The position numbers were made by a program, and so were the translations under genes. Below, piece by piece: positions 1 through 7,686 of a DNA stretch of 39,382 bases. Source of the DNA: a virus (Duplodnaviria > Heunggongvirae > Uroviricota > Caudoviricetes); the IMG/VR virus record IMGVR_UViG_3300046003_006038, positions 128,001 to 167,382 of that record; one strand, given 5' to 3'. How positions within the stretch are numbered: position 1 is the first letter of the stretch; every line of letters begins with the position of its first letter. The notes beneath the pieces are model-generated. The model made no database searches. It saw nothing but the letters and a program-made list of their open reading frames with translations, and was not told the origin of the DNA.

Positions 1-394
1 CCATCTTGTTACCTAAGCCCCTATCTTTTGTAACAGAATCTCTTTTAAACATGATAAGGGGTGTTTGTATCTTCCCGTTCTTATCTCTATAGAATCCGTC
101 TTTCTGTACTGATGCCCATCTTTCTGGTGATCCGTATATGATTGGAACATTTAGTTTTATTCCATTTTGAATTACCGAAGGTCTTATCACATTATTAAAA
201 TAGTAAACAATTGCTGCATCTGCATCTCTTAACCCTACCTGGAACTGTTTTGTTTCGTCGTTCTTTAACGTTTTTTGATTCTCTCTTCTCTTATTTGCAG
301 GTACAGGAGATTTACCCTGGTTTAAGTACGGGGTAATAGTCTCTTGTGACAATTCAACTTGAGATTTCGGTATAGGTTTTTTTATGTTTGTCAT
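1..394 (-). CDS. Tail terminator / sheath stabiliser, T4 gp15-like (partial, runs off the left edge)
   Basis: Not in the ORF track. Manual translation from ATG at 394 gives MTNIKKPIPKSQ...DAAIVYYFNNVIRP...NVPIIYGSPERWASVQKDGFYRD...QTPLIMFKR. The VPIxYG..ERW motif and position after the gp13/gp14-like genes fit gp15. Confidence 0.65.
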   Translation of the reverse strand, partial: MTNIKKPIPKSQVELSQETITPYLNQGKSPVPANKRRENQKTLKNDETKQFQVGLRDADAAIVYYFNNVIRPSVIQNGIKLNVPIIYGSPERWASVQKDGFYRDKNGKIQTPLIMFKRDSVTKDRGLGNKM

Positions 395-397
395 TTA

Positions 398-886
398 CTA
401 AATTCTTACTCTTGTTATACCTACTCTATCTGCTCTTGTTAAGTGTGCTTGGCATATAATAGAGACAGATCCTCCGAAGTTTGAACCATACTGCGTAAGG
501 TTATAATTATCGTCTTTTCCTAGGAATAACTGGTTCTCTGTAGTGTTATCTACTTCGTAGTAATTCTCATGCCACATTATAATATCCCCTACCTCAGGTA
601 CGACACTTACGTCTACTAAATCTTCTCTTAAAAACGCAAAAGAAGATTCTCTTGCTAGGTCTACTCCAAAATCATCGACATTACTTACCTGGTCTCCTCT
701 TGTTATTAAACAGTTTAGTTTTACCGGTTCCCAGTACACCTTCTCCATTCCCTCTCCGTATATATTTACTTCAGTTTGTTCTAATGAGAGTTTGTAGTAC
801 AGTACTTCTTGCTCCACTACATCTGATAGTAACTCTCTGTTTATACCTACAAACAGGTTAAAATCTCTTTGACTTCCGAATATCAT
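398..886 (-). CDS. Neck / head-closure protein, T4 gp14-like
   Basis: 162 aa with YYKL...NIYGE, FGVD and PEVGDII..ENYYEV motifs typical of gp14-like head closure proteins; lies between gp13-like and gp15-like genes. Confidence 0.65.
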   Translation of the reverse strand: MIFGSQRDFNLFVGINRELLSDVVEQEVLYYKLSLEQTEVNIYGEGMEKVYWEPVKLNCLITRGDQVSNVDDFGVDLARESSFAFLREDLVDVSVVPEVGDIIMWHENYYEVDNTTENQLFLGKDDNYNLTQYGSNFGGSVSIICQAHLTRADRVGITRVRI

Positions 887-1194
887 CGACTAACTTTTTC
901 TATAGATTTAACTGAAAGATCTACTTTTTTAATATTTGGGACTAACCTAAATGTATCTTTTTTTAATTTTTCAAATACTAATAGAGGTTGTTTTGCTGTA
1001 AGAATTTTTACTTTCAAGATAACAGTATTTATATCCTCGTTTGAGTCTATAGCAGTAACCCTGGTTACTCCTGGCATAGCTCTAACAAAATCTGCAACTT
1101 GTGAAGCTGTGATTTCATCTTTATGTCCAACTCGTACCAATGCCTGGTATAGTGAAAATTCTCTTTCTTCTCTTAATATGTTTACTAATCTCAT
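883..1194 (-). CDS. Hypothetical protein with MRLVNILRE leader, possible ACT/ferredoxin-like fold
   Basis: 103 aa, overlapping both neighbours (TAATG and ATGA coupling). The VRAMPGVTRV segment is only suggestive of the fold. Confidence 0.6.
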   Translation of the reverse strand: MRLVNILREEREFSLYQALVRVGHKDEITASQVADFVRAMPGVTRVTAIDSNEDINTVILKVKILTAKQPLLVFEKLKKDTFRLVPNIKKVDLSVKSIEKVSR

Positions 1195-2351
1195 TACCCT
1201 ACAAATATTACCATTGGAACCTGTTTTAACGTATCCTGTAAAAACCCACTTTCCCCTGCTTTTCTTTCCAGTTGTGAGAGTTTTGAAGTACTTTCCAATA
1301 TTGTTCGTAAATTTTCTATTAAAGCTGTTTTTTCTGTTCTAGCATCTGCTAACAGATCTTGTTGATTTAATGTAGCTTCTGATCCTGGGATAGGAACTGT
1401 TGTGTATTTTCCTCTAACATAAGCTAGTAGTTCTTTTGCTAAAGCTAAAGAGTATCTATAAACCCACTGTCTACCGATTGAATTTATACTTGCATAGGTT
1501 GGATTCTCATAAGGAACATTTGATATATTCGAAATAGATGTTCCGGATCCTCCTGGTGTATTAGCTGAATTATCTAAAGACTGTTTTTCTTTTACCTTAT
1601 AGTACTCAAACCATATTTTTCCTGCATTCTTAGGTACCGGAAATAATTTTAAATGATTGTTAACTATTTCAAAAGAGTATCCTGATCTTCTGATCTGGTC
1701 ATTAAATTCAATTGCTTGTACTTTTAGTATATCGTAAGAAGCGGGCATTAGTAAGAAGTTTACCCCTGGGGAGAATGATCCGAAATCGAATGCATCCATT
1801 AGTGATTGAATACCTGTCCCTGTTCCTGCATACGGATCGAAGTACCTTAAAATTGCCGGTGGTGCTTCGTAAAATACTTTTGTAATCTCTATACTACCTG
1901 TTATTCCCTGTGCTGTTGCCCAGGCGTTTAGGTCGTACACTTGCTGGTTAGTTATTACATTTATAGATCCGCTGTAACGTGTTACATTTCCTCCTACTCC
2001 TGCTTCTGTTCCGTATCCTCCTGCAATTGTAATTATATTTTGTAAAGAGGGTGTTATTACTGCGTCATTTAGTATAGTTGTTACATCTCCTCCTTCTAAT
2101 GCAATGTAGTTCTGCACTGCCTGTGCTTGATACACTTCATTACCATAAGTGGTAACAGCTTCTTCGAAGCATGCGTAGAAAGATCCCGATTGTAGTTCTA
2201 CATCCATTAATGGGTATCCCAATCGGATGGCACAGAATTTTGCTACCTTATCAGCTTCTTGAGTAAATGCTGTATCACTGTCGTAGAACCCAAAGGGTGT
2301 CTGTCCAGGAGAAAATGATGAAGTACCGTTCCATATAGAGATGTTAGCCAT
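1194..2351 (-). CDS. Neck / head-tail adaptor protein, T4 gp13-like
   Basis: 385 aa. N-terminal RLGYPLMDVEL and C-terminal WVYRYSLALAKELLAYVRGKY..VPIPG..TLN match the gp13 pattern. Confidence 0.75.
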   Translation of the reverse strand: MANISIWNGTSSFSPGQTPFGFYDSDTAFTQEADKVAKFCAIRLGYPLMDVELQSGSFYACFEEAVTTYGNEVYQAQAVQNYIALEGGDVTTILNDAVITPSLQNIITIAGGYGTEAGVGGNVTRYSGSINVITNQQVYDLNAWATAQGITGSIEITKVFYEAPPAILRYFDPYAGTGTGIQSLMDAFDFGSFSPGVNFLLMPASYDILKVQAIEFNDQIRRSGYSFEIVNNHLKLFPVPKNAGKIWFEYYKVKEKQSLDNSANTPGGSGTSISNISNVPYENPTYASINSIGRQWVYRYSLALAKELLAYVRGKYTTVPIPGSEATLNQQDLLADARTEKTALIENLRTILESTSKLSQLERKAGESGFLQDTLKQVPMVIFVG

Positions 2352-2365
2352 ATTTTACTTTTTAT

Positions 2366-2373
2366 TATAAATA
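2366..2373 (-). promoter_or_regulatory. Putative late promoter motif TATTTATA
   Basis: Intergenic, 14 nt upstream of the ATG at 2351. Confidence 0.6.
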
Positions 2374-2384
2374 GTATGTTTACA

Positions 2385-3071
2385 CTAATCTCTAAAATCT
2401 TGATATACTTTTAAGATAGGAGATACTATTTCATGTCTATGGTTTTGTTTTAGAGCAAAAATTCTGAATCCTTGTACTTGTTCTTCAATTCTTGTAAGGA
2501 ATGAAAATCCAGTTTCTTTTTTTATTTTTAAATCAATTTGAGCTAGATCTCCGCATATCACCATTTTAGATCCTTTTCCAAGTCTTCCTAGAACAGTTTC
2601 CATTTGATCTTGGGTGACGTTTTGTGCTTCATCCACTATTACAAAAGAGTTAACAAATGTTCTACCTCTCATAAATGCAAATGGTACAATTTCAATATTA
2701 CCTAATTCCATTTCTTTATCCACCTTATCCTTACCATACAGCATATATAAGTTGTGATATATTGGTGCTAACCAAGGATCCATTTTTTCTTTAAGATCTC
2801 CTGGTAGGAATCCTAATTCTTCCTTAGCCACGGTAGGTCTAGTTATAATAATCTTTTCCACCTCTCTACAAAATAGCATATCTAATGCTGCTTGTACGGC
2901 TACTAAGGTTTTTCCTGAACCTGCCATTCCTTTTAGTACGACTACGGGATTTTCTACAATAAGTGCTTTTGCTTGTTTCTGTTCGTCATTAAGTTGGAGT
3001 TGGAACTTAATTGGGTTTTTCGGTTTTCTCTTTTGAGTATAAACCTCATCAGTGTGATGGTTTGAAGCCAT
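2385..3071 (-). CDS. phoH: PhoH-like ATPase
   Basis: Walker A GMAGSGKT, IIITRP, LGFLPGDLKEKMDPW, AFMRGRTF, IVDEAQN, CGDLAQIDL and NHRH are the canonical PhoH motifs. Confidence 0.95.
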   Translation of the reverse strand: MASNHHTDEVYTQKRKPKNPIKFQLQLNDEQKQAKALIVENPVVVLKGMAGSGKTLVAVQAALDMLFCREVEKIIITRPTVAKEELGFLPGDLKEKMDPWLAPIYHNLYMLYGKDKVDKEMELGNIEIVPFAFMRGRTFVNSFVIVDEAQNVTQDQMETVLGRLGKGSKMVICGDLAQIDLKIKKETGFSFLTRIEEQVQGFRIFALKQNHRHEIVSPILKVYQDFRD

Positions 3072-3093
3072 AGTGAAACGTTTATTTGTTTAT

Positions 3094-3101
3094 TATAAAT
3101 A
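3094..3101 (-). promoter_or_regulatory. Putative late promoter motif TATTTATA
   Basis: Intergenic, 22 nt upstream of the phoH ATG and just after the capsid gene terminator. Confidence 0.6.
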
Positions 3102-3120
3102 TACGAAACTTTTTTAGATA

Positions 3121-3145
3121 AAAAAAGAGGGCTAAAAGCCCTCTT
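3121..3145 (-). terminator. Intrinsic terminator after the major capsid gene
   Basis: Minus strand AAGAGGGCT-TTT-AGCCCTCTT running into a T tract. Confidence 0.85.
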
Positions 3146-3169
3146 CCTTATTATTATTCTAGTTTATTC

Positions 3170-4807
3170 TTAGACAGTAGTTACGTCACTAACGAAGATT
3201 TTACCGTAGAATTCTGGTCTGATCATTTTCTTAGCATATCTAGTCATGATACCTTTTCTTGGAGTGAAGGTAGTTGGATCGTAGATAAGTGGTGTCATGA
3301 TTAATGGTACGTAAGGAGCATAAACTGCACCTGTTTCAAGGAATTGAGATCCTCTGTAACCCATTAAGATCACGTTTTCAGTCATGTAAGGGTTTTTATA
3401 AACTCTAAATCTTGAGTTTAAATTACCTACTTTTTGAACACCCATTGCGAAGTCCATTTTATCTCCGTTTGTATCTGCTGCATATCCTGGAATTGATTCT
3501 AAGATTGTAGCTACAGTTGGAGAACATACTAAGAAATTAGCTCCACCTCTTAAAGTTTTTTGGTGAATTTTGTTAGATACTTTTTGTACTTTAGTACCTA
3601 AAGTTCCAAACCATTGACCTTGAGTGTTATAGTAACCTCCTGCTGCAACTGAACTGTCTGTCCAAGCTGTTCCTGTCCAGTTTCTGTTAGATACTGCTGA
3701 CCATCTTTCAGTTGTAGCTGCATCGGTAATTAACATATCTAATAGTTCTAAGTCGATCTCCATAGAGATGTACTCTGATAATAGTGATGTTAACTCTGCT
3801 TCAGCATCAATTGAATGGTAAGCGTTAAGATCTTGTGCGAACTCTGGAGTCCATTGAGCTTTTAATTTTCTTGTCTTAGCAACAATTGCCTCAGAAGCTA
3901 ATTGAACGTTAATTTCTGGTATTTTTAACGTACCTGTTGTATCTTCGAAATCACCTCTTGAGTTATCAGTCGGTTGTTTTGAGAAAATTACTGTACCACC
4001 TGTAACAATTGTAGCTGCTCCTAAACCTGGATTAGCTCCTGCACTTGCTAACTTAGATACGAATACGATAAAGTCTCCACCTGCTGATTGAGATATAAAA
4101 GTTAATTCTGGGTTAGTAGTTACATCTACTGCTCCTGATCCAGATAATAATCTGAAAGATCTTACTGCTTCTAAGTCTGGATTAGAGAAAGATGAAGTAG
4201 GTACTGCTACTGCTTTGTACTCTGATGGGGCAACTCCGAATTGGTATGCGATAGAAGCTGAACTAGCTGCTGATACTGTAGAAGTTGATGTCAATGTAGT
4301 TGCTGATGCAGAGTTAATTGAGTATCCAAATCTTCCAGCACCGTATAAACCTCCCGATACTTCTTCGTCAACTGACATTTTATTTGCAGCTCCTGCATCA
4401 GATACGTTACCGTACATACTATTTCCTGATGAAAATGTTCCTTGGTTAGTTCCGTATTTAAAATCTAAATAGAAAATAAGACCTGAAGGTAAGTTCATTG
4501 GTTGAACAGAAACGAAATCTTTAGCAGCGATTTGAGCGAATACTTTACGTACTAATGGTAAAGCTACTCCAGCCCATTGCTCACCTTGTCCAGCTGAGAA
4601 AGAACCTCCTCCTGAATTTGTAGAAGATTGTTCCGATACTAATTGTTTTGCTTGATTCTCAAGAATCATAGCCATGCTATTTTTTTCGATTTCATTAGAA
4701 ATACCTTCTAATAAACCTGTAGCACTCCATTTACCTGCTAAACGAGCAGCATCTGCTTGTAAAGACTTGTAATTGTTAGAGCTCTCTAATAATTGATTTA
4801 ATTCCAT
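3170..4807 (-). CDS. gp23: Major capsid protein, T4 gp23-like
   Basis: 545 aa with LPLVRKVF, VSVQPMNLPSGLIFY, AKTRKLKAQWTPEFAQDLNAYHSIDAEAEL, GAVYAPYVPL and TFTPRKGIMTRY. Confidence 0.95.
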   Translation of the reverse strand: MELNQLLESSNNYKSLQADAARLAGKWSATGLLEGISNEIEKNSMAMILENQAKQLVSEQSSTNSGGGSFSAGQGEQWAGVALPLVRKVFAQIAAKDFVSVQPMNLPSGLIFYLDFKYGTNQGTFSSGNSMYGNVSDAGAANKMSVDEEVSGGLYGAGRFGYSINSASATTLTSTSTVSAASSASIAYQFGVAPSEYKAVAVPTSSFSNPDLEAVRSFRLLSGSGAVDVTTNPELTFISQSAGGDFIVFVSKLASAGANPGLGAATIVTGGTVIFSKQPTDNSRGDFEDTTGTLKIPEINVQLASEAIVAKTRKLKAQWTPEFAQDLNAYHSIDAEAELTSLLSEYISMEIDLELLDMLITDAATTERWSAVSNRNWTGTAWTDSSVAAGGYYNTQGQWFGTLGTKVQKVSNKIHQKTLRGGANFLVCSPTVATILESIPGYAADTNGDKMDFAMGVQKVGNLNSRFRVYKNPYMTENVILMGYRGSQFLETGAVYAPYVPLIMTPLIYDPTTFTPRKGIMTRYAKKMIRPEFYGKIFVSDVTTV

Positions 4808-4831
4808 TTGTTTAATTAAATTTGTTTTGTG

Positions 4832-6166
4832 TTATGATTTTATAATTCCTGCTAATTTTTGCCATCTAGCTACTTGTTCAGATACTTCAGAAATAATTTC
4901 TTTCTTACCTGCTGTTGCTGCAGTACCTACTGCTTTAGATGCAAATGATTTATGTTCCTTAATAGTTACTGGTTTAGCAACTACATTTTTAGAAACTGTT
5001 TCGAAAACTAATTTTACTTCTTTAACTGTTTCTGCTCTATCAAATGCTGCTACAACATTTACTTTTTGTGATTCAGTTAAATTGTTTGCTTTGAAAACTT
5101 TATTTACATAAAGTAATTTTGCATTTAAAAGGTTAACTTCTTGAAGTTGAGTTCTCAATTGTCTAACTGTTGCTAAAGCTTCGTTTAGTTCTTCTGACTC
5201 TTCGCTTATTTTATTTGCTCCTGAGTGTGGTTCAGTTTCATATTGTCTAACCAGTTTTTCCATAGCTTGTACAATTTTACTGTTTTTTCCTAACTTCTGC
5301 ATCTTAGCTGATATTTTGTCAATCCAATCTTCCATACCTTCTTCTAATTCTCCTTCAGCTATTTTATTAGCTCCTGAGTGTTTTTCAGTCTCGTACTTGC
5401 TAATCATTTTTTCCATAGCTTGTACAATTTTACTGTCTTTTCCAGCTTTTTGTAATTTAGCTGACATTTTGTCAATCCAATCTTCCATACCTTCTTCTAA
5501 TTCTCCTTCAGATACTCTGTTGGCTCCTGAGTGTGGCTCAGTTTCAGGTATTTTTTTACTTAGAACTTTTGAGAATTTTGTTTCAGGTGCATTTTGAATA
5601 GCATCGTATGCCTTTTCTGCTTTGTCTTTAACTCTGTTAACTACACCTCTAACTGCAGATCCTATTCCTTCTTCAACTTCTCCTTCCATTTCAGCTAATT
5701 CAGCTAATAATTCGTTAATATCAATTTCCTCTTCAGAATCCATTCCTACCATGTCATCTCCTTCTGGAGTTTCTTCACCTGGCATTTCTTCTTCCGACTC
5801 ATCATGACCTACTTCTTGTGATACGATGTCTCTGATAAGGTCTTTAAGTTCTTCTACAGACATGTCTTTTACGTCTATATCTTCTTCTTCACCTTCTTCA
5901 GTTTCTTCTTCTTCACCTTCTTCTTCCTCTTCTTCAGCAACAATTTGATCTGCTGGGTTTGGAAGTTTTTCACCTGTTACAGCGTTAGTTCCGAAATCCT
6001 CTTCCTCATCTGAATCTTCCATTTCTTGAAGTTTTTGAGCTAACATTTCTTTTAGATGTGGAGTTAAAGTCTCTTCTAAAGCTTCTTTTGCGTTTGCGAT
6101 TGCAGCTTCACGAATAGTCTTAGCTTCGGCAATTGCTTGCTTTAATAAATCTTTGTTTGTTGACAT
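4832..6166 (-). CDS. Prohead scaffolding/core protein (gp22-like role)
   Basis: Very acidic coiled-coil protein immediately upstream of the capsid gene, ending RWQKLAGI. Start reassigned to MSTNKDLL at 6166 because the ORF-track extension to 6289 crosses a promoter motif and hairpins. Confidence 0.75.
   Translation of the reverse strand: MSTNKDLLKQAIAEAKTIREAAIANAKEALEETLTPHLKEMLAQKLQEMEDSDEEEDFGTNAVTGEKLPNPADQIVAEEEEEEGEEEETEEGEEEDIDVKDMSVEELKDLIRDIVSQEVGHDESEEEMPGEETPEGDDMVGMDSEEEIDINELLAELAEMEGEVEEGIGSAVRGVVNRVKDKAEKAYDAIQNAPETKFSKVLSKKIPETEPHSGANRVSEGELEEGMEDWIDKMSAKLQKAGKDSKIVQAMEKMISKYETEKHSGANKIAEGELEEGMEDWIDKISAKMQKLGKNSKIVQAMEKLVRQYETEPHSGANKISEESEELNEALATVRQLRTQLQEVNLLNAKLLYVNKVFKANNLTESQKVNVVAAFDRAETVKEVKLVFETVSKNVVAKPVTIKEHKSFASKAVGTAATAGKKEIISEVSEQVARWQKLAGIIKS
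5200..5545 (-). repeat. In-frame 153-bp (51-aa) tandem repeat in the scaffold gene, about 2.3 copies
   Basis: CTCCTGAGTG recurs at 5218, 5371 and 5524 (period 153). Protein unit ETExHSGANxxxEGELEEGMEDWIDKxSAKxQKxGKxSKIVQAMEKxxxxY. Confidence 0.95.
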
Positions 6167-6266
6167 TTGTTTTTGTGTTTTTGTCGTACGCTTATTGTAG
6201 TAGTTGGAAGCGTAATAATGTTTTACTTTGTAGTAGATATCACATAAGTGTCGTGATATATTCTTA
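6167..6266 (-). promoter_or_regulatory. Structured 5' leader of the scaffold-capsid operon (candidate cis-regulatory RNA)
   Basis: Two perfect 7-bp inverted repeats (6187-6193/6208-6214 and 6237-6243/6253-6259) plus a duplicated 9-mer CTACTACAA (6195-6203, 6228-6236). Confidence 0.5.
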
Positions 6267-6274
6267 AATAAATA
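6267..6274 (-). promoter_or_regulatory. Putative late promoter motif TATTTATT
   Basis: Lies between a terminator and the scaffold leader, 100 nt upstream of the ATG at 6166. Confidence 0.55.
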
Positions 6275-6294
6275 TATAGTATTTTCCAAAACAT

Positions 6295-6322
6295 AAAAAA
6301 CCCACCTTTATGGGGTGGGTTT
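6295..6322 (-). terminator. Intrinsic terminator
   Basis: Minus strand AACCCACC-CCATAAA-GGTGGGTT followed by a T run, just after the stop of 6331..6603. Confidence 0.85.
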
Positions 6323-6330
6323 ACTTATTA

Positions 6331-6603
6331 TCAGGCATCACCATAGATGTCATCTTTGTGTCTTATAATCATAGGAAAGTCTAGATCAGGTTGTTTTTGC
6401 TTTAAATACTCTAAAGCTTCTCTAAAGGCATCTTCAAAAGATATATCACTCTCATTAGCAGCAATATCATCTAATCTCTTTGTTATTGCCTCATATTCAA
6501 GAGAGTCTCTAAAATCTTGTGCTGTTGTACCTTCGTTCAATATTCTTGAATTAGTAGTTAGTTTATTTTCTACTAAGAATTTTTTTAAATTAAAATTTTC
6601 CAT
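6331..6603 (-). CDS. Putative internal head protein with NFNLKKFLVENKLT leader
   Basis: 90 aa. First 24 aa nearly identical to those of 6611..7105; lies between the protease and scaffold genes. Confidence 0.6.
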   Translation of the reverse strand: MENFNLKKFLVENKLTTNSRILNEGTTAQDFRDSLEYEAITKRLDDIAANESDISFEDAFREALEYLKQKQPDLDFPMIIRHKDDIYGDA

Positions 6604-6610
6604 TTTTATA

Positions 6611-7105
6611 TTAAGATTGTCTGTTTAAAATATCAAATACAACAGGTTGTTCTGCTAGATATACTTTAGTATCTACATAAGCCTGGCCTAGTAATTCTTT
6701 ATTCTCAGGATTACTAATATCGTATATTGTTAATAAAGTCACATTTACTCTTTCGTCAGGATTTCTACGTTGTAATCTTAGTTGAGAATCGTTTAACCAG
6801 TACTGAGAGTTATGAATTCTGTAAGTTGGTCTGTCAGAAGAATTTCCATGAGGTTTTACGTCGAAGTATTGGAAATGAATAAACATGGTCCCTCCTACAA
6901 ACTCTGCAATTCTATCCATTGCTTCGTCCATTGTAGCTGCAGTTTTAGGCATTAAGCTTTTGAAGAAATTTTCATCAATTTGATCTTCTTGAAAATACTC
7001 GTATACTTCAGGTCGGAAGTTATTATATGTAACTTCATTTAAGATTTTTGAATTAGTAGTTAATTTATTTTCTACTAAAAATTTTTTTAAATTAAAATTT
7101 CCCAT
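6611..7105 (-). CDS. Putative internal head protein with NFNLKKFLVENKLT leader
   Basis: 164 aa. Same leader as the neighbour but an unrelated body; coupled to the protease stop (TAATG). Confidence 0.6.
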   Translation of the reverse strand: MGNFNLKKFLVENKLTTNSKILNEVTYNNFRPEVYEYFQEDQIDENFFKSLMPKTAATMDEAMDRIAEFVGGTMFIHFQYFDVKPHGNSSDRPTYRIHNSQYWLNDSQLRLQRRNPDERVNVTLLTIYDISNPENKELLGQAYVDTKVYLAEQPVVFDILNRQS

Positions 7106-7686
7106 TATGCTCTTAATATATTGTTAATAATAGAATCTAATCTATCGTATTTTCCTGCTGCTTGTTTTCCTTCGTTTAAAGAGATAGGATTCATAAATGC
7201 TCCTTGTGTAGAAGGATTAGAAACGAAATCCCAGCATACTAATTCAAAGTCTGGTTGAACCATTAGTGTGCCTTCGTTTGTTTGTTGTACTGATCCTGTT
7301 CCTCTTGATGATATTCCTATTGTATGCCCTCCTCTTAGTATTTCTTTTACGATGTTTCCCGAAGGTGTATTTAATAATTCTACTTTTCCCATTAAGTCTT
7401 CTCCTTCCCACCACAGATCTTTTACAACGTGTGATGCATTCTTTAAAGAGACTACTGCTGATTCTGGGTGATCTAATTCTCCGTAAGCATTTCCTATTTT
7501 AACGAAATTCTCTATGTAGTTTCTTACCTCTTGTTCAAGTATTTCTCTTTTATAGATTCTTCCATTTTGATTCTTAGCTCCTGCTCTTTGCATAATACCT
7601 ACTACTTCGAAAACTCCTGGTTTGGTTTTTGATTCGGTAAGAAGTCCTTTGAAAGGAGTTACGTTTATTAATAGTGGATTGTTCAT
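7105..7686 (-). CDS. gp21: Prohead maturation protease, T4 gp21-like
   Basis: KNQNGRIY, GELDHP (catalytic His), GISSRGTGS (catalytic Ser) and WDFVSNPS. Confidence 0.93.
   Translation of the reverse strand: MNNPLLINVTPFKGLLTESKTKPGVFEVVGIMQRAGAKNQNGRIYKREILEQEVRNYIENFVKIGNAYGELDHPESAVVSLKNASHVVKDLWWEGEDLMGKVELLNTPSGNIVKEILRGGHTIGISSRGTGSVQQTNEGTLMVQPDFELVCWDFVSNPSTQGAFMNPISLNEGKQAAGKYDRLDSIINNILRA

Noticed and set aside
6167-6289. ORF-track N-terminal extensions (6289, 19043, 22633, 23534, 24065, 24966)
   Set aside because: They overlap upstream genes, promoters or terminators. Downstream ATGs at 6166, 18833, 22555, 23477, 23978 and 24819 fit the packing and leader patterns better.
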